Shown here in pieces: positions 17,421 to 26,724 of a stretch of 64,000 nucleotides of DNA. A model generated the notes under the pieces. The model was given only the letters and a program-made list of their open reading frames with translations. It did not search any database and was not told the origin of the DNA. This stretch comes from a virus. A program made the position numbers and the translations under genes. The stretch is from IMG/VR virus record IMGVR_UViG_3300045988_072028, positions 32,001-96,000 of that record. One strand, written 5' to 3'. Positions within the stretch are counted from its first letter, which is position 1. The number at the start of each line of letters is the position of its first letter.

Positions 17421-17933
17421 TCATAATTTACGATATTTTTCTATATAGTTAACTATCAAGTCTTTAACTCCTTTTGGGACATCTACCAGTTTGAGATTAC
17501 CTTGGAATATGTCCTTGCCGTACTCATCCATAATCTCCCCGAATGAGGGATTCATGACTCTTGTTGACATAGATATCGGTTGATCAGTGTCAAATTTGAT
17601 AACGATCTTCTTTCCGCCGTTTATCGCCTTTTTAAAAGCCACGTAAAGCTTTCGACCTTTTATTATATCACAATTCCCTTTCAGGATATTAGACATATGT
17701 ATGACATATTCTTTCTTCGCATCTCCTGGGTTGTTCATAAGCTTAAGATCTCCTCCGGTATCTCTCCATTTCCTGAAGCATGGGAAACATAGACCGTGAT
17801 TTGCCTTAGCGTGTCTAGGTATCATCCTACTGCTGCCGGCTGGGATCGTATCGCCACAGCAGATACACGTCCTATCCTTGTTGGTGCGCATCGGCACATA
17901 GCTCTTTATTGGGTATTCTTTTCTTTTATACAT
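17421..17933 (-). CDS. zinc-finger hypothetical protein
   Basis: CICCGD...CFPCFRKW. Confidence 0.55.
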   Translation of the reverse strand: MYKRKEYPIKSYVPMRTNKDRTCICCGDTIPAGSSRMIPRHAKANHGLCFPCFRKWRDTGGDLKLMNNPGDAKKEYVIHMSNILKGNCDIIKGRKLYVAFKKAINGGKKIVIKFDTDQPISMSTRVMNPSFGEIMDEYGKDIFQGNLKLVDVPKGVKDLIVNYIEKYRKL

Positions 17934-18361
17934 CTTCTTCTGTTTTCAAAATTATCATCACCATACTCATAATTAGGACAAGCTTTGTTGCTTGGTCGTC
18001 TAACATAAGTCTTTTGCTTCCTGTTATATTTACTGTTAGGATTTATATAATGGTCACACACTTGCCAAATAGAGCAACATACCTTCCCGTATCTTTTCGC
18101 CCACTCCTGATCATGTAGATGTACGCAAGTAGCGCAAGTTGGATTCTTGAGCTTATCCTTGTTATCATCTATGATCTTATTAACCCGATCAAGAATAACG
18201 GACATATGCTCAGTATACATAACATTGAATACGTCCGGTTCTGGAAGATATGTCATCGAGCTTATATCTATGTCCATTTCCTTGGATTTGTTGTAAGCTG
18301 ATTTGTATTTCCTTACCATCAAATCTTTTAACTGATTTACCTTCTTCTCATATGTTCCCAT
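17906..18361 (-). CDS. Cys-rich hypothetical protein
   Basis: CATCVH...CCSIWQVC. Confidence 0.55.
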   Translation of the reverse strand: MGTYEKKVNQLKDLMVRKYKSAYNKSKEMDIDISSMTYLPEPDVFNVMYTEHMSVILDRVNKIIDDNKDKLKNPTCATCVHLHDQEWAKRYGKVCCSIWQVCDHYINPNSKYNRKQKTYVRRPSNKACPNYEYGDDNFENRRRCIKEKNTQ

Positions 18362-18364
18362 GTC

Positions 18365-18628
18365 TCATTCGGTTTTCCATCCCTGTTTCTTCAATAGATC
18401 CACCATCATCCCCTTTATCTTAGGACTGATAGCCTCGGTAAGTATATCAGCGGCCAAGTTAATAGAGAAGTTTGTCATTCTGGATTCTCCTATATACTTC
18501 TCGCTGGTAACTTCTTTTACATAATCGTGGATATCCTTAATCATCTCATTTTGAGATTTCAGGAGATCCAGTATCTCATCAATCTTATCATCCATTTTTC
18601 TCGAATATACCTGACAATAACCAGACAA
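18365..18628 (-). CDS. hypothetical protein
   Basis: Packed same-strand ORF. Confidence 0.5.
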   Translation of the reverse strand: MSGYCQVYSRKMDDKIDEILDLLKSQNEMIKDIHDYVKEVTSEKYIGESRMTNFSINLAADILTEAISPKIKGMMVDLLKKQGWKTE

Positions 18629-18697
18629 TCACTATCAAAAAGAAAAATAGCCCAAGCGCCTCATCCGGATAATCATGCATCGCCTCTAAGATACTTC

Positions 18698-19279
18698 TCA
18701 TAACTTAACATCCATTTTACCGATTATACGATAGAAAATATCCCTAGTCAGCTCGATATCGTAAGTAGCGTCATGGAGCTTATTCTCGTCGATCTCAATA
18801 CCCATAGTTCTGGCTACGGTCATCAACTTAAAGTTCTCCATATCGTTTCTTACACCCATCAGGAACGGTGTCACCATAACATATACATCCATACAGTTAG
18901 GATAGAACCATGATCCGAAATACTTATCCCCACATTGCTGGAATAAAGCCCGTAGGAAGCTGTTATCGAATCCAGCGTTGTTATACCCCACTAAATACAT
19001 TTTATCCCTCTTGTCGAACTTATTCACGTATTTGGATAATATACCAACTAACTGCCTGTACCCGTCTTCCATAGGCTGATACGACTGCACCTGCTCCAAG
19101 GTAACTCCAGCCACGTCCAGCGCCTCTTGCTCTATCGTGGCGGCAGGGTTCGGGGCTAGGCGAATGTCAAACCTCTCGGCCTCCTGCCCGTCGATATCCA
19201 CGATCCCTCCTATTTGGTGTATCCCGTTTCTCCAGAACTTAACCCCAGTTGTCTCTAAATCGAAAAATAGTAATTTCAT
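18698..19279 (-). CDS. DEDDh 3'-5' exonuclease (DnaQ/epsilon-like)
   Basis: ExoI FDLETTG, ExoII GYNNAGFDNSFL and ExoIII HDATYD (H-x4-D). Confidence 0.8.
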   Translation of the reverse strand: MKLLFFDLETTGVKFWRNGIHQIGGIVDIDGQEAERFDIRLAPNPAATIEQEALDVAGVTLEQVQSYQPMEDGYRQLVGILSKYVNKFDKRDKMYLVGYNNAGFDNSFLRALFQQCGDKYFGSWFYPNCMDVYVMVTPFLMGVRNDMENFKLMTVARTMGIEIDENKLHDATYDIELTRDIFYRIIGKMDVKL

Positions 19280-19281
19280 AT

Positions 19282-19659
19282 CTATTGATTTTTAAAATGT
19301 TCCTTAATCTTCTCCAATGCCTTATAAGATAGATAGCTGTCTATGGCTTTATTGCTATTCACTTTCATCAACTCATCAAATAGATCTTTAGCCAGTACTT
19401 TCCACTGCTCTCCCCAATCACGGAGATTCTCGACCTTTGACCGTATATCCTCGAAATAAGAATTTACGTCTGATTTGATTGATTTTGAATAGTATTTAAC
19501 ATCCTCCTCATCCCCATCCATAATATAATCACATTGTGTCTCGATATCTTTTATATGACTATCTATATCACTACACATATAATCAACAGGTCTACGTATA
19601 TTGAATATAGCTTCTGACGTAAGGCCGGTTATATTTTGTATGTCTTTTAAATTATCCAT
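19282..19659 (-). CDS. hypothetical protein
   Basis: Starts 3 nt before the exonuclease gene region. No motif recognised. Confidence 0.55.
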   Translation of the reverse strand: MDNLKDIQNITGLTSEAIFNIRRPVDYMCSDIDSHIKDIETQCDYIMDGDEEDVKYYSKSIKSDVNSYFEDIRSKVENLRDWGEQWKVLAKDLFDELMKVNSNKAIDSYLSYKALEKIKEHFKNQ

Positions 19660-19666
19660 AATTTAA

Positions 19667-20062
19667 TCAATTAAATGCCAACCATCCACCTGCAAATCCC
19701 ATTGCGAAAATAGATAAGATTATAGACGTGAATAATATCCAATCTTTTGTACTTAACTCATTATTATCTCTCTTTATTTTCTCAAGATAATCATATATCG
19801 CTGTATAGACAGCATGGTGAATATTCTCGTCTCTAGCCCTTACGATATTATCATATTCGTCATATCCTAGATTATGGGTAGCGCTTTCGATCCTCATATT
19901 CCCCGTAACCTTTTTGTTTACATCAAAATCGAAGCTAAATACTATATCGGTGGTTAGAGCGCTGGCGATTTTGCTTTTTATCTCATCATTACTAAGATTA
20001 GCACAATTCACTAATTCATCGTAATCTTTTTCGTCAAGAACTATCTGTTTTTTAATGTTCAT
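19667..20062 (-). CDS. hypothetical protein with C-terminal transmembrane helix
   Basis: ATG at 20062 forms an ATGA overlap with the stop of 20059..20352 (the track start at 20101 is less likely). C-terminal WILFTSIILSIFAMGFAGGWLAF is hydrophobic. Confidence 0.5.
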   Translation of the reverse strand: MNIKKQIVLDEKDYDELVNCANLSNDEIKSKIASALTTDIVFSFDFDVNKKVTGNMRIESATHNLGYDEYDNIVRARDENIHHAVYTAIYDYLEKIKRDNNELSTKDWILFTSIILSIFAMGFAGGWLAFN

Positions 20063-20352
20063 ATCCCTAATATTTCTGTTACATAAACAAAACCATAACA
20101 TACATAATTACCATCGTCGTGCTCACCATAATCCTCATGCCAGATAACAGCGCATGGGAAATAGAGTGGCATATCCTCAGCCATAGGCTCCTCTCTAAAG
20201 TCATCAATGTTTATCTTCTCCCTCCACCTCCACAGGTCTTGGATATCGTTCAAGATCAATTTGTTCATAACAATCTGGTTTTTAATACTGATACAAAGAT
20301 AGGATTTAAACAAAAATAAAAGCATGAATAATATTAAAATAATATTAATCAT
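20059..20352 (-). CDS. hypothetical protein with N-terminal hydrophobic segment
   Basis: MINIILILFMLLFLF N-terminus. First gene downstream of tnpB. Confidence 0.5.
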   Translation of the reverse strand: MINIILILFMLLFLFKSYLCISIKNQIVMNKLILNDIQDLWRWREKINIDDFREEPMAEDMPLYFPCAVIWHEDYGEHDDGNYVCYGFVYVTEILGI

Positions 20353-20600
20353 GCTTAAATATAAATATATCCCTTCTAGTTCTCACGGATATACGTATTC
20401 GTACTCATCTGGGGGAGATGTCTTGTATTCAACATCGCACTCCATAGTTGTAAATTTCATAGAAAATCATAGAAATAATTAAGATATCCTACTCCATTTT
20501 AGACGCTTCAACACATCCGGTAACCCGGCTGCTCTGCGTCCGTATAGCCGCATCAACTCCTACGGCTTGTATGTTAATCGCGGCGTTGAGATCCCTGTCG
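20353..20600 (-). ncRNA. candidate TnpB omega/right-end RNA scaffold
   Basis: In characterised TnpB elements the guide RNA overlaps the 3' end of tnpB and the right end. Here the 136-nt downstream spacer holds a hairpin (GGAGtgcGATGT...ACATCTCC, minus sense) and a TTCTATGA direct repeat. The boundaries are not determined. Confidence 0.3.
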
Positions 20601-21643
20601 ATCTCCAAGCCACAATCTTTACAAACAAATGTTCGATCCGATAATTTCAGATCTTTATTCTTCCAACCACATCTTGAACAGGTTTTCGAGGATGGGTAAA
20701 AACGATCTATAACAATCAGTTCTTTACCATACCACCTACACTTGTATTCAAGTTGGTTACGGAACATCGAGAAAGAAGCATCATATACAGAACCGGCAAG
20801 TTTGTGATTCTGTAGCATACCGGAAGCATTTAGATTCTCAATACAGATAACATCGTAATTATTTACCAGCATCGTGGTCAAATTATGCATGTACCATGAA
20901 CGCTTGTTGGCTATATCACGATGAAGTCTTGATACTTTTAGCCTGCATTTGTTTCTTCGATTACTTCCTAATTTCTTTCTTGATAAATGCCGTTGCATCC
21001 TTTTTAACTTCGCTTGGTTCTCACAAAGAAAATGGGGATTCTCAACAGCAATCCCATCAGATAATGTAGCTAATGTCTTAATCCCTAAATCAACTCCGAC
21101 TGTTTTGCTAGTTTTCTGTTTGTAACACTGTTCTGTTTCTACAAGAACTGATACGAAATATTGACCAGCACGGTTCTTTGAAACGGTACAGGAGATAAAA
21201 CGAGCGTTGTCTGGAACTCCACGATCGATAACAATCTTAACCCATCCGATCTTTTCGATCCGGATCTTATTGTTAGTGATTTTAAACTTCGGGAACGGCA
21301 ATCTAAACGACTGGTTGTCGTGTTTATTTTTGTAATTCGGTTTACCGAGTTTTTCTTTCCTGTTCTTGTTGAAGTATTGTCTGGAGAACTCGATAAAATC
21401 ACGTTGCTTCTGCTGCAAGGTGGCTGCCGATACTTCATTTAACCAAGGTTTTTCAATAACAAGATCCGACTTTGTCGGGAATTTCGGATTATGGTTTGTT
21501 TCTTTATCGTATGAGTTAAATGAGTCAACACAAGCATTCCATACAACACGTACGCATCCGAATGTTTTTGCAAGAAGTTCTTCTTGTGTTTTGTTCGGAT
21601 ACATACGATATTTATATGAACGCTTTATTAGACTCATCATCAA
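20489..21643 (-). CDS. tnpB: TnpB (IS200/IS605-family OrfB, RuvC-type RNA-guided nuclease)
   Basis: N-terminal YKYRMYPNKTQEELL. RuvC-I GVDLGIK, RuvC-II ICIENLN, zinc finger CSRCG-x14-CKDCG, and RuvC-III DRDLNAAINI. Confidence 0.9.
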   Translation of the reverse strand: MMMSLIKRSYKYRMYPNKTQEELLAKTFGCVRVVWNACVDSFNSYDKETNHNPKFPTKSDLVIEKPWLNEVSAATLQQKQRDFIEFSRQYFNKNRKEKLGKPNYKNKHDNQSFRLPFPKFKITNNKIRIEKIGWVKIVIDRGVPDNARFISCTVSKNRAGQYFVSVLVETEQCYKQKTSKTVGVDLGIKTLATLSDGIAVENPHFLCENQAKLKRMQRHLSRKKLGSNRRNKCRLKVSRLHRDIANKRSWYMHNLTTMLVNNYDVICIENLNASGMLQNHKLAGSVYDASFSMFRNQLEYKCRWYGKELIVIDRFYPSSKTCSRCGWKNKDLKLSDRTFVCKDCGLEIDRDLNAAINIQAVGVDAAIRTQSSRVTGCVEASKME

Positions 21644-22175
21644 TTCATTTTAATATATTAAATATATAAATAATTCTATGATTTTACAATGGATTACTAT
21701 CGATTTTGTAATTATTTAATCATACTTGTCTCCTCTTCTGTATACTAACGCTACCCAACAGTCGTATTTTTTGCTGTATCCTATAAGAGGGACATTGGCC
21801 ATAGGCGGATTATCCTCCGTTTTGTACCTTATTCTTGCTGTTTTTTTTATACTCATATAATCCATTTTTTAATAATGTTGGGTTATTATATACTATTTTA
21901 CACCATATATGTTGTAAAACATACGTATGTTATTTAATTTCACATTCTTCTTTTCTAATTTTGTCTCACTCAATCGAATCATATAGTCCCTTGTTTCGGA
22001 CAAGACGGTTGAGCAAAAGAGGTCTTTGATATAAGGTTTTACCCTAAAAAAAATATTCGTTGGGTAAGTAAAATCAAAAACGTTTTGTTTAGTAAAAGAA
22101 TCCGGCGATCTCACTTTTGAGCAACCGGTAGAGGGTATTGGTGATACCCAGTATGATGTTTCGTACAAATGCATA

Positions 22176-22574
22176 TCATTTCTCATTTTTTTTGGTGTAA
22201 AATGGTATATAATCACCTAATGTTGTTATCAGTGAAAATAATGTATCTATAAGAAGTCTCTCGCTACTCCAATATATAGGGATCTCGTCTATATCTCTAT
22301 ACGCTACAGACCATGCATGTTCTAGCTTATAACATTCGAATGTAGAACCCTCTATCTCATATGGGAGTAAATTCAGTAACGTCCCTACATCCCAAACAGG
22401 ATTGGATACATCAGGGGTAACGGCCTCTATCAACCCTATACGACCAGCGTTATCCTCCATAGAATGTAATTGATCCAGATACTTGTCTCTGAAGCCGCTG
22501 GCGGTAGAGATAGGGAGGCCGGCCTCGACCAGCACTCTTCCCTGTTCTTTTGTGGTAAAAATCCGTTCCTTCAT
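22176..22574 (-). CDS. hypothetical protein
   Basis: ATGA-type overlap with the upstream methyltransferase gene. Confidence 0.55.
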   Translation of the reverse strand: MKERIFTTKEQGRVLVEAGLPISTASGFRDKYLDQLHSMEDNAGRIGLIEAVTPDVSNPVWDVGTLLNLLPYEIEGSTFECYKLEHAWSVAYRDIDEIPIYWSSERLLIDTLFSLITTLGDYIPFYTKKNEK

Positions 22575-23083
22575 AATTTCATTTTCCTTTCTACTGTAAC
22601 GATCGTATCATTATGCCATCCCCCATGAGCCACGAGAAGAATCTCCTGCTGCTCGAAGCCAAGCCCGGCCCCTATACCGCCGGAGTTCCACGCGCAGGTA
22701 ATGACCACCCCGCCCTTCTTGGTAATCCTAGCTATCTCCTTCTTCTGTTTAGCCCAATAACTGGATTGTGTTGTTTGCATATTAACAGATTCTCCAAGCC
22801 TTTTATATGACTCGGACACCTGTCTAGCAGAATATGGTGGATCATATAATACCATATCAGCTATATTATCATCAAGATGACACAAGAAGTCCGTGGCGTC
22901 TTTATGATACATAGCCTTAGTCTCAGGATCAAGATCGTTGGTTATCGTCCCTATATCGCTGTTTCTGGCGAATGGATCCACTATAACCATTCCGTCTTTT
23001 TTATATCTATCTATAAGTTCTCTTATCGGTTTTATGCTGAATGTCTCGCTGTTCGGCATCGACCATGTCTTGTTTATAATCAT
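22571..23083 (-). CDS. DNA N6-adenine/N4-cytosine methyltransferase (DPPY type)
   Basis: AdoMet motif I-like VIVDPFARNS lies ~50 aa before catalytic motif IV VLYDPPYS. Confidence 0.7.
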   Translation of the reverse strand: MIINKTWSMPNSETFSIKPIRELIDRYKKDGMVIVDPFARNSDIGTITNDLDPETKAMYHKDATDFLCHLDDNIADMVLYDPPYSARQVSESYKRLGESVNMQTTQSSYWAKQKKEIARITKKGGVVITCAWNSGGIGAGLGFEQQEILLVAHGGWHNDTIVTVERKMKL

Positions 23084-23107
23084 ATCGTTGTAATAGTGTT
23101 TTAAATT

Positions 23108-24046
23108 CTACCTACACTCTATGCCTTTTAGCAAATGGGCTATCACATCCACCGTCCATCCGTTACCTGTTAAAGACATGGCCGTATTCGGGGCTATCCC
23201 ATCAAGGTAATCATCCGGCAATGTCTGTAGCCTACACATCTCCACAGGAGTCAGGTATCTGAACTTATCTTTCAGGTCAAAGGCGTTCAGATATCTTCCG
23301 GGCGGTAATGATGATATCACGTTATCTTTCATGACTGTTGTAAGGCAATTACTTTTCTTAATAGAGGTAGTATTCTTGTCTTTTCTTACTTCCAGACATT
23401 GTATGATTTTCACGTTCTTGTCATAGTCCTTTCGGTGTCCGTTGCTATCTATTCTTCGACCAACGATAGTTGATATATAACGTCCTCTTATGGTCCCAGA
23501 TTTCCATCCTTTATCATTCTCTAAAACATCATCTAACGATATATGTTTGTCTTTCGGCATTTCTACTGGCCAATTACACCAATAAAGACGATGCCGGGTC
23601 TGCGCCGATACCAAGGCGCTATCGATCTCCACCGGCTCTACGCCCAGCTCCTCCGTTATCACTCGGCGATGCTCGTCCCGCATCCGGACGTTCTCGCCCA
23701 GGAACAGGATCTTACCTTTGGTCTCCTTCTTTAAATGCCTTACGATGTCCGAAAAGCAGAAGAAAAGCCTTCCCCTTGCGTCCATAAACCCCTTACCCTT
23801 ACCTGAGCTAGAGAAACTCTGGCAACAAAATCCTCCCATGACCAGATCTATGTCTTTCCAAGGGATATCCCATGTTCTCCAGTTATTGACATCCCCTAAC
23901 TGGATGATATTCGGAAAATGTTTTTGACTTACCTTTATGCATGTCTTGTCTATCTCCGAGGCGTAATAAGCATCTATAGGTATGCCGGCCCTCCGTAACG
24001 CTAGATATCCACATGATATCCCATCAAATAATGATAATATATTCAT
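23108..24046 (-). CDS. DNA cytosine-5 methyltransferase
   Basis: Motif I LFDGISCG, IV GGFCCQSFS, VI LGENV, VIII QTRHRLYW, IX RYLTPVEMCRLQTLPDDY and X GNGWTVDV. Confidence 0.85.
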   Translation of the reverse strand: MNILSLFDGISCGYLALRRAGIPIDAYYASEIDKTCIKVSQKHFPNIIQLGDVNNWRTWDIPWKDIDLVMGGFCCQSFSSSGKGKGFMDARGRLFFCFSDIVRHLKKETKGKILFLGENVRMRDEHRRVITEELGVEPVEIDSALVSAQTRHRLYWCNWPVEMPKDKHISLDDVLENDKGWKSGTIRGRYISTIVGRRIDSNGHRKDYDKNVKIIQCLEVRKDKNTTSIKKSNCLTTVMKDNVISSLPPGRYLNAFDLKDKFRYLTPVEMCRLQTLPDDYLDGIAPNTAMSLTGNGWTVDVIAHLLKGIECR

Positions 24047-24429
24047 GACCTGAAAATTTCCCTTTCGGCTATCTGCATGATAGATTTATGTATACCCGGC
24101 AAGACATCAACCAATTTAATGCCAAAATTTTCTCCCCTCTTAACGAACGTCCATTTACCATATATGATTCCATGCATCATGTTCTGTATTACTTCCTTAC
24201 TGTCTGTCAAGAATACTTGGTAATAGACACTTTTGGCATAATTAAAATCCTCCCCATGATCATTCGCCGGTCTTAATATCATTACAGCCGAAGAGCATCC
24301 ACGAACGAATCCGTATATCTCAAGGCATTCCTCGAACTCATAATTATCACGATCCTCGTCATGATCATCTTTAACCCACTTACATGGTTTCCCATCTTTA
24401 AATGGGATTCTTAACTGTTTCTTTGTCAT
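24043..24429 (-). CDS. hypothetical protein
   Basis: ATGA overlap with the C5 methyltransferase gene. Confidence 0.55.
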   Translation of the reverse strand: MTKKQLRIPFKDGKPCKWVKDDHDEDRDNYEFEECLEIYGFVRGCSSAVMILRPANDHGEDFNYAKSVYYQVFLTDSKEVIQNMMHGIIYGKWTFVKRGENFGIKLVDVLPGIHKSIMQIAEREIFRS

Positions 24430-24627
24430 AATTGTTTTTTTTATATTAATTGTGATATTACTCTAATAGCATAGAGCGTCTATTTCAAGACTCCTATATT
24501 TGTCAGTTATATTGATATCAGCCCACATGTTCAATATCCCCTTATCATCCAATTGCATATGGATACAGTCTTTTGTCACCTTCTTTCCGGCTTTAAGAGC
24601 CTCTACGTCTTTATCGGTAATCTTTTT

Positions 24628-24960
24628 TCATGCTTTCGATATTTTATCGTTACAATTAAATTCATCTTTCATCCTGATCTTTATGCCTCCATATGATAAT
24701 TCCTTATGAGCTGTGACAAAATAATCAACCGCATCTTCATCTAATAAACTATGCGGACACCTTTCCCATACAGGACTTTGATCTAGATGATCCCATGTAG
24801 CTACAAGCAACTGATTCTTGTCATTATCAACAGCTATTTTATATGTCCCTATAGTAGTCTTACGTTTAATGATCGCTCCATTTAACATCTGCTTCTTAGC
24901 CCAGCTCCATGAACCTCTCAGCCCAAATGTTCTTATAACCCAGTCATTTATCTTCTTCAT
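24628..24960 (-). CDS. hypothetical protein
   Basis: Packed same-strand ORF. Confidence 0.55.
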   Translation of the reverse strand: MKKINDWVIRTFGLRGSWSWAKKQMLNGAIIKRKTTIGTYKIAVDNDKNQLLVATWDHLDQSPVWERCPHSLLDEDAVDYFVTAHKELSYGGIKIRMKDEFNCNDKISKA

Positions 24961-24966
24961 TTCAAG

Positions 24967-26112
24967 TTATTTGTTAAAATAGTAATATAAATATAAATAC
25001 ATAAATTGGATAGGGCTATTCACCATACCCTTATCATTAGGCTCGTCATACTTGTCAAGCCAAAGACGAAGCGCTTCCCAATCGATATCCTTATGGTCAC
25101 AGACCATGCAGGCTAGGTTAGCCCCGAACAGATCCCCTCCGCCACGTAAAGACTCGTTAAATCTCTTGGCTAGCCTTTTCTTGAATCCTTTATTGTACCA
25201 AATACCGGAGGTAGCGGCATAACAATAATAAGCGTTGTATTTCATTTTCACACCCATCTTCTCAAATAAAGGCGTATGCCATATCCGGTCAAGGAAGAAT
25301 ACTATTCCACGATAGATAAAGGTTCGGAGATTCTTCCTGTATTTCTTCCCCAAGAAGCTATCTACGCAAGATATAGTTCCGCCTGAATAGTACCAGTTAT
25401 TGGCGCCTCTCTTAACCTTATCCGTCATCTTGAACTTATTTTCCCTATCCTCTACCCTATCCCAAGGCTTTAATTTATCCTCGTTAAATGTTGGACAATA
25501 ATGATAGTAATGATTGATCCATGAAAGGTATGGGTTGTATATCGTGTATCCATTATCGCTGACATATGAGTTTATATCATATCCAAGTTCTTTGGCTAGA
25601 ATAGACCCTTCATCAGCTAATACCTTCAATATCGGGTTCAAGTTCCATATCTGGTCTTGGCTGACGAACATCGAATAACAAGGATCCTCATCCTCGCCAT
25701 ACCATCCTCCCATCCCGCTCACTATTTTATCCAAATCAAGTGAATAATCTTTCCCGGATAAAAAATCATCTCTAAGAAAAAAACCTCTATATGGGATCAT
25801 GTCATATACACCCGGTTGATCCTCAAACATATGTTTAGCGTTCTCGGTCAATCTGATCAATGTTTGCAAGGCAGAAGATATATCTATGGGCGCATATTCA
25901 CACCCATAGACCTTATTATTTATCCAAAGATATTGAAGAAGCTCGGCTATATTAATAGTCCCGTCCTCCACATATCCTGTCTTGTTATCGAAGTTTATTT
26001 TGGCTAGAGGTATATTACTTCCTTGTGGTTGGTCACTTTTTTCATTACAACAATGCACGAACCTGTCAAAGAATATATCTTTCCAACCAAAATATTTATC
26101 CCTTATCGTCAT
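24967..26112 (-). CDS. hypothetical protein (382 aa)
   Basis: The track ORF extends to 26208, but ATG at 26112 (MTIRDKYFGW) lies 5 nt after the stop of 26117..26392. Aromatic-rich; no motif recognised. Confidence 0.6.
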   Translation of the reverse strand: MTIRDKYFGWKDIFFDRFVHCCNEKSDQPQGSNIPLAKINFDNKTGYVEDGTINIAELLQYLWINNKVYGCEYAPIDISSALQTLIRLTENAKHMFEDQPGVYDMIPYRGFFLRDDFLSGKDYSLDLDKIVSGMGGWYGEDEDPCYSMFVSQDQIWNLNPILKVLADEGSILAKELGYDINSYVSDNGYTIYNPYLSWINHYYHYCPTFNEDKLKPWDRVEDRENKFKMTDKVKRGANNWYYSGGTISCVDSFLGKKYRKNLRTFIYRGIVFFLDRIWHTPLFEKMGVKMKYNAYYCYAATSGIWYNKGFKKRLAKRFNESLRGGGDLFGANLACMVCDHKDIDWEALRLWLDKYDEPNDKGMVNSPIQFMYLYLYYYFNK

Positions 26113-26116
26113 AAGC

Positions 26117-26392
26117 CTATTTCTTGTCGTATAACGACATGACGTTAATAAGATCAGCTTTTCTGGCCATCCCTTCAAGTTTATTAAAGCCATCCATGTT
26201 ATCTCCACTGACGATGATAGTAGGATATACCTCTATACCGTACTTGGATATCTCCTCCTCCGCGGCCTTGTTCTCCGGAATCTGGTTTAACGTGACCTCA
26301 CCCTCATACTCCTGTAATGTGTTGGCGATAATATATCGCATGTAATCGCTGTACTCAGCGTCTTTCTTCGTGAAAAAATCAATTCTTACCAT
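26117..26392 (-). CDS. possible thioredoxin-fold protein lacking CxxC
   Basis: GIEVYPTIIV resembles the cis-Pro loop of thioredoxin/glutaredoxin folds, but no CxxC is present near the N-terminus. Weak call. Confidence 0.35.
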   Translation of the reverse strand: MVRIDFFTKKDAEYSDYMRYIIANTLQEYEGEVTLNQIPENKAAEEEISKYGIEVYPTIIVSGDNMDGFNKLEGMARKADLINVMSLYDKK

Positions 26393-26394
26393 TT

Positions 26395-26724
26395 TTAAAT
26401 AGTTTTTAATCTGTTAATAATTAAATCAGCAGTAAATATAGCATTATCTACCTCATCTATACACATCTTCCTTCCATCGAAATCGTTAGATAATAAATCC
26501 TTAACAATCTGATATCTACGATGCTCCCAATTTATGTCTATATCAAAATTCAGATACCTTACATAATCATAATTCAATTCATCATAACTATAATTGAGAT
26601 ACTTAACTATCGGAAATGGAGTATCATTATAAATAGTGCGCTTGATTAAATCAACGTATTTACCGGTTTTTTTATTGATAGCTCTTAATCTCTCATCTAC
26701 TACTCTTTCTCCTGACTCTTCCAT
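26395..26724 (-). CDS. hypothetical protein
   Basis: Packed same-strand ORF. Confidence 0.5.
   Translation of the reverse strand: MEESGERVVDERLRAINKKTGKYVDLIKRTIYNDTPFPIVKYLNYSYDELNYDYVRYLNFDIDINWEHRRYQIVKDLLSNDFDGRKMCIDEVDNAIFTADLIINRLKTI

Larger units (their letters stand above)
20353..22175 (-). mobile_element. possible TnpB-only IS200/IS605-family (IS1341-like) element, ends undefined
   Basis: tnpB is flanked by 136 bp (downstream) and 532 bp (upstream) with no convincing ORF. No Y1 TnpA is present. Confidence 0.35.

Noticed and set aside
21893-22216. 107-aa minus-strand ORF and 64-aa plus-strand ORF (21835..22029) upstream of tnpB, considered as a possible tnpA remnant.
   Set aside because: There is no HUH or catalytic Tyr motif. 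The sequences are AT-biased, and the minus-strand ORF overlaps the end of 22176..22574. The region is treated as non-coding.
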